From the IMG/VR virus record IMGVR_UViG_3300032288_002811, positions 13,391-77,390 of that record: 64,000 nucleotides of DNA; one strand, given 5' to 3'. Below the pieces are notes generated by a model, which was not told the DNA's origin, did not search any database, and saw nothing but the letters and a program-made list of their open reading frames with translations. The stretch's first letter is position 1; every line of letters begins with the position of its first letter. The position numbers and the translations under genes were made by a program. The DNA comes from a virus. Shown here one piece after another: positions 1 to 7,851 of the stretch.

Positions 1-445
1 TTGCATCATTAGAAATTCTATGTACAGTTATGGTATAAGTTTTGGTTGTAGTACCATCTTCAGCAGTCACCAAAACAGTAATGGTATTATCTCCTACGCT
101 TAAATTAATGGATGAAGAAGCCGAACCGGATGTTACAGTAACAGTATTAACTTTGACGGAAGCTAAAAAATAATTGAGTGTAGGTGTAACAGTTAATGTT
201 GATACTGCATTACCAACAGAAGCTGTATATGAAGTTGTGGAACTACCAAACGTTGGAGATAATGTACCACTAGAAAGAGAGAGTGCAGATAGAGTTGCAT
301 CATTAGAAATTCTATGTACAGTTATGGTATAAGTTTTGGTTGTAGTACCATCTTCAGCAGTTACTAAAACAGTAATAGTATTATCACCAACGCTCATTGA
401 AAGTGAACCAGAAGGTGAACCGGATGTTACAGTAACTGTATTAAC
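1..445. repeat. 294-bp-period direct repeat encoding cadherin-like domains
   Basis: Bases 1-67 are identical to 295-361, with similarity continuing; period 294 bp = 98 codons. Confidence 0.85.
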
Positions 446-1246
446 TTTAACTGATGCTAAAGAATAAAGTGTCGTTGGTGTTACTGTAACTGATGTTGTA
501 GAATTTGAAATTGTGGCTGTATATGATGTGGTTCCAGCACCAAATGTAGGAGTTAAAGTACCAGAAGATATTGTCAATGCAGATAAATCAACAGCATTAG
601 AAATTCTGTGTACAGTTATGGTATAAGTTTTAGTTGTATTATCTTGTGCAGTTACTGTTACATCTATTATGTTATCTCCAACAGCCATATAAATCGGATC
701 ACTTGCTGAACCAGATGAAACAATACTACCATTAACTTCAATTTGCGCTGGCGCAGTAACTCCGCTGGCTGCGGTGGGTGTGACTGTTATTGATGATGTA
801 ACATTCGTTATTGTGGCTGTATATGATGTTGTTCCACTACTGAATGTTGGTGTTAATGTACCACTAGATATGGCCAACGCAGTTAAATTGGCATTATTGG
901 AAAGTCTAGTTACTGTAATTGTATATGTTTTTGTAAAATAATTATCTCTATCAGTTACAGTTATAGTAACTGTGTTTGGTCCGATGTTCATACCAATAAA
1001 ACTAGATGTGGATCCTGACGCCACCACAGTATCATTAACTCTAATTGTTGATAGTATATCAACTGCTGTAGGTGTAAAACTTAAAGAAGTAACATTAGTG
1101 GCAATACTAAATGAATATTCTGTGGTTGAAGAATCCAAATCAGGATTAAGTAAATACCCGTTTGATATCGTTAAAGAAGTTAATTCTGTTGAAAGCCTTA
1201 CATCTTTAATTGTTATTCCACCAACTTGTAAACCTGAAATTTTCAT
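2..1246 (-). CDS. Cadherin-like beta-sandwich repeat protein, probable virion decoration/adhesin (3' end beyond window)
   Basis: Not in the ORF track because it runs off the window. Manual translation from ATG at 1246 (MKISGLQVGG...) stays open to base 2. It has four ~98-aa repeats of the type LSALxxSSGTLxPTFxxxTTSYTA...VTPT...VNxxxVxSG...VGDNTITVxVTAEDGTTTKTYTITVHR, typical of the cadherin-like beta-sandwich family. Confidence 0.8.
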   Translation of the reverse strand, partial: MKISGLQVGGITIKDVRLSTELTSLTISNGYLLNPDLDSSTTEYSFSIATNVTSLSFTPTAVDILSTIRVNDTVVASGSTSSFIGMNIGPNTVTITVTDRDNYFTKTYTITVTRLSNNANLTALAISSGTLTPTFSSGTTSYTATITNVTSSITVTPTAASGVTAPAQIEVNGSIVSSGSASDPIYMAVGDNIIDVTVTAQDNTTKTYTITVHRISNAVDLSALTISSGTLTPTFGAGTTSYTATISNSTTSVTVTPTTLYSLASVKVNTVTVTSGSPSGSLSMSVGDNTITVLVTAEDGTTTKTYTITVHRISNDATLSALSLSSGTLSPTFGSSTTSYTASVGNAVSTLTVTPTLNYFLASVKVNTVTVTSGSASSSINLSVGDNTITVLVTAEDGTTTKTYTITVHRISNDA

Positions 1247-1252
1247 TTTATA

Positions 1253-2233
1253 TTAAGGGTTTTCTGTTATGGTTTTTGTATACGTATACAAACTGTTTGC
1301 GTTTGCATTTGTTGGATTTGGCTGAACAACTATTTCTGACAAAACGGATGGTACTACCTGATATGATGTAAAATTATAATTTGCATTTGTTATCATACCG
1401 TACACTGGTTGTGATGATATGAAATTACCATTGATTGATGTTAGATGTAGTTTTGAATTACTCCAACTTAAAACTCTAGCTGTTGCTGTTGCGGTACCAG
1501 CAGAATAACCTTGATACACACCTTCACCAATCTGGTAATTACCGATACCTGTATTACCCATATTAAATACAACCACATCTTCTGCTGTAATATTGTTTAG
1601 AATATTTGTGATAGATGTTGTGATTAAACTGGCACTTGATACTGGACCAAAAATAAAACCTTTGACAGTAAAATTTAATGTCCAAATAACCAATCTTGGG
1701 TCTGAACTTCTATTACCTTCATACTGAACATCTTGTGTTACATTATTTAAGATGATAGGTATTTCTTTGACCATTCCCATTTCTGGAACCAAGTTCAATT
1801 TGATTGTATAGTCCGGAGTAAAGTATGGTAGAATGTGTTCTATAACTTGTGTACCATCTTCAATGTTACGGACATATAGATATAAATTGAAATCGAAATT
1901 ATAAGGTACTGGATTATATTGTCCTACAACTGTACCACCAGTTGATGTTGCATAATTTCTTATGTTTGTATTTTGTTTTCTACTTGCATCATATTGTAAA
2001 CCAGTCATTTCGAATGATAATCTTGGTAAAGTTATTTGAACTTTTTTGTCCAAATTATAATCTTCTTCCAATCTTAACACATAGTGTTCTTTGGCTGCAT
2101 ATGCGATTGGTACAATAAACCGTTCAGCTTCAGTCAGGTCTGTATTGTATCTGACCATTGTTATTTCATTAAACAAGTTGCCAAAACCGACAACCAATTT
2201 ACGAATGATACGATTATAGAATATGTTTGCCAT
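1253..2233 (-). CDS. gp15: T4-like tail sheath stabilizer / tail terminator
   Basis: FYNRIIRKLVVGFGNLFNEI, VPIAYA, LPRLSFEM, PVPYNFDFNL, QVIEHILPYFTP, IWTLNFTVKG motifs; follows gp13-gp14. Confidence 0.92.
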   Translation of the reverse strand: MANIFYNRIIRKLVVGFGNLFNEITMVRYNTDLTEAERFIVPIAYAAKEHYVLRLEEDYNLDKKVQITLPRLSFEMTGLQYDASRKQNTNIRNYATSTGGTVVGQYNPVPYNFDFNLYLYVRNIEDGTQVIEHILPYFTPDYTIKLNLVPEMGMVKEIPIILNNVTQDVQYEGNRSSDPRLVIWTLNFTVKGFIFGPVSSASLITTSITNILNNITAEDVVVFNMGNTGIGNYQIGEGVYQGYSAGTATATARVLSWSNSKLHLTSINGNFISSQPVYGMITNANYNFTSYQVVPSVLSEIVVQPNPTNANANSLYTYTKTITENP

Positions 2234-3120
2234 TAAATGTTACCAAAAGGATTTGTTTCACTAAAATCAGCAATAGAATTTGCTTGCTGTTGAATGTATA
2301 GGTTGTCATATTTTTCATTATTCAATTCAACAGCCAACGGATCAAATGATGTTATTGTATATCGTGCATTACTTGTTGCACCAATAACAAGTGAATTGTT
2401 TGCAAACTCACCTGCAATATTGGTTACCGATAGTATTCTATTTTCTGTATCCCAACCAGAAACGGTACCAACAACTGTTGCATTTGCTTGTGTGTTATCT
2501 GGAGAACGGAACACAAGTTCTTTACTTAGGTATATTCCTGAACCACTATTTGACCGCATAGTCAAATCAATTGTATAAGCTGAGTTATCAACCACAATAT
2601 CAATATCTGGTACACCAGTATCGATAACTTCTTGTGAGTATTTGAATTTTTCCATTTCCAATTCATAGAAAAATGGAATTTTACGACCTAAACTAAAGAA
2701 GTCTTTAGTCTGGTTAACAAACTTAATTTCAAATAGTTCACCTGTACCATTAAGGAATGGAACATACACCAAATCACCCTCACGTGGTCGTGTAAATGTT
2801 TCTTGAGGAACTCTTAATGAAAAGGAACGTTTTGAAATGATGACACTAACATTGTTTTTAATTTCAAGGCCAAACTTGGAAAAGAATTCTCTTTCACCAC
2901 CGTATTCTAATACATTTGACAGATAGAATTCAACAGGAAATGCCGTGTTGAATTTTTTAACTGGATCTTCTCCATACAACAAATCTCTGGCTTGGTCATT
3001 GTCGTTAGGTAAATACATACCATCGAAACCCATAATTTTAATGGATTCGACAATCAAATCTTCTACTACTCTCTGTTCACTAAGAGCATTATAGTTATTA
3101 AAATACTGCGAGGTTGCCAT
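2233..3120 (-). CDS. gp14: T4-like neck protein
   Basis: EQRVVEDLIVESIKIMG, LYGED, FFSKFGLEI, RPREGDLVY, FFSLG, C-terminal DFSETNPFG. Confidence 0.92.
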   Translation of the reverse strand: MATSQYFNNYNALSEQRVVEDLIVESIKIMGFDGMYLPNDNDQARDLLYGEDPVKKFNTAFPVEFYLSNVLEYGGEREFFSKFGLEIKNNVSVIISKRSFSLRVPQETFTRPREGDLVYVPFLNGTGELFEIKFVNQTKDFFSLGRKIPFFYELEMEKFKYSQEVIDTGVPDIDIVVDNSAYTIDLTMRSNSGSGIYLSKELVFRSPDNTQANATVVGTVSGWDTENRILSVTNIAGEFANNSLVIGATSNARYTITSFDPLAVELNNEKYDNLYIQQQANSIADFSETNPFGNI

Positions 3121-3121
3121 A

Positions 3122-3895
3122 TTAGTTCATGTACCATTCCAGAGGACCACCATAATTGGTAATCATCTCGGTTTCTAATCTTGTTTTCTCACTCAGGCCT
3201 TCTTCAAATATTTTATCACCATTTAATATCACTCCGCCTGGTAATTGAATGCCACCAAATTTCTTGAGGTTTGAACCCCATTGGATTTTAATAAGATTGG
3301 ATGTATATTCTTTTAACCAACGGTCTTCCCATACCCTACCATAAATATCGGCATCTATTATTGCATAACATTCCGCAATAACTGTGGTACCTACTGGTGC
3401 TTCCGATGCACCCCAAGACCAATCAATGAACAGCTTCTGCATATGTCTCTGGAAACGAATAGGAACCTCACCTGTGAATAGTAATTCAAGTGAACGAAGG
3501 TGTTGTTGCGTTAGGGTATAATTGATGTAGGACGCTGAGGTAAAGTCATACAATTCATTTAGACGCAACTGGTATCTCAAGTCAAACATATTAACTTGAG
3601 ACAATGAATCCGAGATTGGGAAAATACGGGTGACACCAACAATTTCCAATGCATTATTGGATGCATCTCTGGCTTCGGTTAAATCCAGAAACTTGTTATT
3701 TACATCTGTATTTGTTATTTGTTTGATGTAGTATACTTTTTGTAGACCGTCAAAGTGGTAGTCGTGCCAATATTGTAGGGCATCATCAATCCTGTCTTCC
3801 ACTTGGTCATCGTCTACGTTAATGTCAATAACTGGAAAACCCAATCTACGTAAACAATAATCCTTAAATTGTGCTCTGGTTCTTACTGTGGACAT
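3122..3895 (-). CDS. gp13: T4-like neck protein
   Basis: YCLRRLGFPVIDINVDDDQVEDRIDDALQY...YHFDG, WLKEY, QWGSNLKKFGGIQLPGGVILNG; SD TAAGGAG at 3903-3909. Confidence 0.93.
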   Translation of the reverse strand: MSTVRTRAQFKDYCLRRLGFPVIDINVDDDQVEDRIDDALQYWHDYHFDGLQKVYYIKQITNTDVNNKFLDLTEARDASNNALEIVGVTRIFPISDSLSQVNMFDLRYQLRLNELYDFTSASYINYTLTQQHLRSLELLFTGEVPIRFQRHMQKLFIDWSWGASEAPVGTTVIAECYAIIDADIYGRVWEDRWLKEYTSNLIKIQWGSNLKKFGGIQLPGGVILNGDKIFEEGLSEKTRLETEMITNYGGPLEWYMN

Positions 3896-3917
3896 TACTA
3901 AACTCCTTATATTAAGG

Positions 3918-3925
3918 TATTTAGT
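3918..3925 (-). promoter_or_regulatory. T4-type late promoter variant (ACTAAATA) upstream of gp13
   Basis: Matches the NNTAAATA motif seen upstream of most structural genes here; T4 gp55 consensus is TATAAATA. Confidence 0.65.
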
Positions 3926-3928
3926 TGA

Positions 3929-4645
3929 TTACCATTCCAATTTTTCATTCCTGTAAGATGCTCGTCCTGTGTCTGAACGATTGGAAATGGTGGTTTCTCC
4001 GTGTACATATGGATATGTTTCGGTCGCATATAAACCTTGGTGAGTAACATTAAATAAATCGATACGCATCATAATATCCAAAGAATTATTGATGCCGTGT
4101 TGAATCACATAACTGATTAAATTTTTGGCCACTACAGGATCAATTGCATATGCATGAGCTCTACACATAAACATCCAATTTGGTCCGTCTTGTGAATATG
4201 GCGGCAGAGGTTGCCTTGGCCAATTATGATTAACCCATTCACTTCCACCAAGATAAACAATACTATTATAACTATTCAATGTTTTCAAACGTTCAAGCAT
4301 TATGGCATCATGTTCAAGTATAACAATTGGTTTATCTATTACCGCACAATGAATCCATAAACTAAGGTGGCTTAGACAACATGCCACTTCTGCTTTGGTT
4401 AAATAATGGTCTGTAATTTTAACCATACTAATGATACTATCATTTTCCATATGTGGTGGTGCCACAATAAGACCAGGAGTTGAGTTGGTACCATCAAATG
4501 CGTCCCAAACTTTATAAGGCATGCCTACTTTTTCACAACTTTCTTGACAAACTTTTGAATATTTTTCACTTTTTTCATTATCTTTAATGGTAATGATGTA
4601 TGCAGATTCAACATCTATACTGTGACTACGAAATAAATTTAACAT
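3929..4645 (-). CDS. Glycosyltransferase, family 25-like
   Basis: AYIITI, WDAFDG, EVACCLSHLSLW, IVILEHDA, AHAYAI: the GT25 (LPS/LOS galactosyltransferase-like) motif series. Confidence 0.82.
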   Translation of the reverse strand: MLNLFRSHSIDVESAYIITIKDNEKSEKYSKVCQESCEKVGMPYKVWDAFDGTNSTPGLIVAPPHMENDSIISMVKITDHYLTKAEVACCLSHLSLWIHCAVIDKPIVILEHDAIMLERLKTLNSYNSIVYLGGSEWVNHNWPRQPLPPYSQDGPNWMFMCRAHAYAIDPVVAKNLISYVIQHGINNSLDIMMRIDLFNVTHQGLYATETYPYVHGETTISNRSDTGRASYRNEKLEW

Positions 4646-4650
4646 AATTT

Positions 4651-6408
4651 TTAATCCATTTTAATTGGTTCTATTTTCAACTTTGGCCAACTCAATCTTT
4701 CTTGAACTGCTTTATTTAATAATTTTTTATTAATACGTCCTGGTTTATATATTTGTAATATGTAAACAACAGAACTGGCTATATTATTGTATGTATTTAA
4801 TGCATAATCAATTTGTTGTGGATTCAGTCTTCTTTTGGTCATTTCTTCTTTAAAACTATCTGTAAAATGAAAATTGTAATTAAGAGTTTCTATATCAATA
4901 TCATGTTGAAATGCCAATAAACTATCGCTCCATCCTGTTTTTATTTTATCTAATGATTTTGGTTGATTAAACATATTAAACATTTCAAGTGTGATACTTC
5001 TTTTATGATCCGGATCATTAATAGCATTATCACATCTCCAATGTGGACATTGTATTTCCCATAAAGCATTATTTGAAGATATTCTATTCATTTCTTTTAG
5101 TACCGGAATAATATCGGCCGAGTTATTACCTAAATGTTCCAATATATCTTTTGCTACAATATGGTCAAATTCATCATCTTCAAACGGCCATGGAAATTTA
5201 TTAAAATCAACTAATAAATCTGGCTCAACTAAAGGATCGATATCTGCATTAATAAAATTTTCAATTTTTTTAAAACCACAACCCATATTTAATTTTTTAT
5301 ATTTTTTTATTTCAAAATTATGTTCTATATGTTTTAAATTAAATTTTTCTTCTAGTTCTTCATATAATAATTCAAATGGTGGTTTCCATTGACCTGCTTT
5401 TTTTTGTCTAAACAAACGAATATTTTTGTAATAAGGTGATCCACGGTTTTCTGGAGTTTTATATGCCCATGTATGATAACATAATACAGGAGTTATTATC
5501 CATGTTTCTTTACCCATTGCAGCTGCCATATGTGCAATGCTAGTACAAGCTGTAATTACAATATCTAAATTTTCAATGGCTGCCATGGTATCTTCCCAAT
5601 CAACCATTTTTTCATTTAAATCAATTATTTCTTTTGGTAATTCTATTAGATTGTCATCTCTTTGCAAACTATATATTTGTAATTCCGAATATTTTGATAA
5701 ATTTAAAAGAAATTTTTCTGGAAATATTCTATAACTCTGATGTTCAAATAAAGGACTTCCAGCCCATCGAATTCCAACTTTAATTTTTTCTGAATTGATT
5801 ATACTTTTCCACTTATTAACATATTCAGGTGAAGGTGACAAGTATGGTTCGTTGGGAAAATTATCAAAATCATGACCAGCCACATAACCTGCACTAAATG
5901 CAGGAATCCAATAATCATGTTCTACTGTATCAGCTTCAGTACGTAATATAACTTTATCTACACCTTCAATTCGACTGAATATATCAACAAACTCTGGTGA
6001 AGCCGCTAAGTATACATGTTTTGCACCTAAATTTTTGTAACTAGTAGCCCATCTAGAGTGTATAATTTCATCACCATAACCACCTTCTAATGATATAATT
6101 ATAGATTTGCCTTTGATATCATGTTCTTTTGGATTCCAAATTGGTGCGTCTGTTTTTAATCGTGGACTACCATAGGTTTCTATTAATCTACCTGATTCTA
6201 AAGCTTCTCCAGCTTCTTTATATTTACCTTCATATACAAGAAACCAACCACGATTGTATGTATGTCGTATCCAAATATCTTGTGTGTTTTTTCCATAGTC
6301 ATCCAAAATCTTTTTGGGACCAAGCATTTGCATTTTGTCACTTATTGCTTTAGCTTCTTTGTGTTTACCTTGATACTGAAGTATCAACATTTCATTCATT
6401 TCATGCAT
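4651..6408 (-). CDS. GT-B (GT9/heptosyltransferase-like) glycosyltransferase fused to a C-terminal class I SAM methyltransferase
   Basis: EGGYGDEI (EQGxGD-type motif), KVGIRWAGSP, DWEDTMAAIENLDIVITACTSIAHMAAAMGKETW; then KLNMGCG...NADIDP...FPWPFEDDEFDHIVAKDILEHL (Methyltransf_11-like). Confidence 0.8.
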   Translation of the reverse strand: MHEMNEMLILQYQGKHKEAKAISDKMQMLGPKKILDDYGKNTQDIWIRHTYNRGWFLVYEGKYKEAGEALESGRLIETYGSPRLKTDAPIWNPKEHDIKGKSIIISLEGGYGDEIIHSRWATSYKNLGAKHVYLAASPEFVDIFSRIEGVDKVILRTEADTVEHDYWIPAFSAGYVAGHDFDNFPNEPYLSPSPEYVNKWKSIINSEKIKVGIRWAGSPLFEHQSYRIFPEKFLLNLSKYSELQIYSLQRDDNLIELPKEIIDLNEKMVDWEDTMAAIENLDIVITACTSIAHMAAAMGKETWIITPVLCYHTWAYKTPENRGSPYYKNIRLFRQKKAGQWKPPFELLYEELEEKFNLKHIEHNFEIKKYKKLNMGCGFKKIENFINADIDPLVEPDLLVDFNKFPWPFEDDEFDHIVAKDILEHLGNNSADIIPVLKEMNRISSNNALWEIQCPHWRCDNAINDPDHKRSITLEMFNMFNQPKSLDKIKTGWSDSLLAFQHDIDIETLNYNFHFTDSFKEEMTKRRLNPQQIDYALNTYNNIASSVVYILQIYKPGRINKKLLNKAVQERLSWPKLKIEPIKMD

Positions 6409-6420
6409 AATATATTCTTT

Positions 6421-7800
6421 CTATTTTTTTCTAATATCAACTATCAAATCAAATTCTACTTCTTTAATATATATGTCATACTTAAAACGTATGGCTAAAC
6501 TTTCAAAAAGTTTTTTAGTAAAACCACATTTGTGTGACATATATTCATTGTTATTTTTATGTGTATGTGTGTTTGATCCATACAAAATATCCATAACTGT
6601 AATTGGTGTATTTGAATCTGCATAATACATAATATCCAATATATCACCTGTAGTTATTTTATGACCTAATCTGCTCATATTAGGTGTAACAAGTCGAACA
6701 AAACCACCTTCTTTTGTAATTCTTAATAATTCATTTATTACGGTTGGTACTTTGAAAAAATGAATATGTTCAATCATATGACTAGAAAAAACAACGTCCA
6801 CAAATTCATTTGGTATATGACTTAAATCATGTACACTAGCTATTATATCTGGATTATATTTTTTGTCAATATCAAGTGACAATTCTTTGTAATTTAATTT
6901 AACCAAATCTTCGGTAAATATTTGTTCAGAAATTTTTGATCCACCAAAACCCACATTTAATATTGTTTTTTCGATTGTTGGTTGTAATTTTTCTGGCCTA
7001 TCATATTTGTCCCACCATTCTCTCCAATTTATATATGGATCTCTTTCTGTTTCATATTGCATATGTAATGCCAGACTTGGCATAGGAACAAATAGATAAT
7101 AACCACGTTCTTGGAACAATCTATTGATGGTATTATCTTCCATCTTTTCTTCCACAGGATGGTCACCCATAGCTTCAAATAAATCCCACTCTTGTTGTAT
7201 AACAGCCCACCAAGTCATAAAACAACTAGCTGTAGCGATTTGAGTTCGCCAATGTTTTCCTTGAGATTGTATTATGTGACTTTGTATTGCTGTATTTTCT
7301 GGAATATAATAACGATAAGGATCATTAAATGGGTATATGCTAGTAAAGTTTCCTACTTTGTTTGTTGTATCTATCAAAGTTACTATCATGTCAAAAATAG
7401 CAGTAGTTTCATATAGATAATCATCTTGTGCAAAATAAACAATATCTATACCATGTTCTAAACCATGTTCATAACATTTTTTAATACTTGGCATAATACC
7501 ATAAGTATCTAATGGAATAAATTCTGTTGGAAATGTTGCAAGATTTAGGTTATTTTTTAACTCATCTATGGATGAATCATCACTATGGTCATCATATACT
7601 ACCAATTTAAATTTGGTACGGCCGTTGAATAGTTCTTTGGCATAAATTAATGATTCAATTAAACTACGTGTGCAACGTCTTTGTATTTCACCTTTAGATG
7701 CACCACAATATCTTTCCTCTTTTGTGATATCGAGATAATGTTGATTATCTCCTTTACTGTGTGTTTGTAATATCACAAGTACATTTAATATATTTTCCAT
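6421..7800 (-). CDS. GT-A (GT2-like) glycosyltransferase fused to a C-terminal class I SAM methyltransferase
   Basis: LVVYDDHS and YFAQDDYLY (DxD-type) in the N-terminal half; ILNVGFGG, LDID, VFSSHMIEH, LLRITKEGG in the C-terminal part. ATG at 7800 with GAGAG at 7811-7815 is preferred over the track's TTG at 7827. Confidence 0.75.
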   Translation of the reverse strand: MENILNVLVILQTHSKGDNQHYLDITKEERYCGASKGEIQRRCTRSLIESLIYAKELFNGRTKFKLVVYDDHSDDSSIDELKNNLNLATFPTEFIPLDTYGIMPSIKKCYEHGLEHGIDIVYFAQDDYLYETTAIFDMIVTLIDTTNKVGNFTSIYPFNDPYRYYIPENTAIQSHIIQSQGKHWRTQIATASCFMTWWAVIQQEWDLFEAMGDHPVEEKMEDNTINRLFQERGYYLFVPMPSLALHMQYETERDPYINWREWWDKYDRPEKLQPTIEKTILNVGFGGSKISEQIFTEDLVKLNYKELSLDIDKKYNPDIIASVHDLSHIPNEFVDVVFSSHMIEHIHFFKVPTVINELLRITKEGGFVRLVTPNMSRLGHKITTGDILDIMYYADSNTPITVMDILYGSNTHTHKNNNEYMSHKCGFTKKLFESLAIRFKYDIYIKEVEFDLIVDIRKK

Positions 7801-7833
7801 TTTATAATCACTCTCTATAATATACAATAATAT

Positions 7834-7841
7834 TATTTATA
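7834..7841 (-). promoter_or_regulatory. Perfect T4 late promoter TATAAATA heading the glycosyltransferase cassette
   Basis: tatttata on + strand at 7834-7841 in the intergenic gap. Confidence 0.75.
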
Positions 7842-7851
7842 TATGATAAAT

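Noticed and set aside
972-1256. 94-aa + strand ORF from the track
   Set aside because: Antisense to the cadherin-like gene, which has clear domain repeats.
3929-7827. Host LPS locus, i.e. prophage boundary or chimeric contig
   Set aside because: Genes are co-oriented, tightly packed between phage structural genes and preceded by a phage late promoter; no integrase or att-like site.
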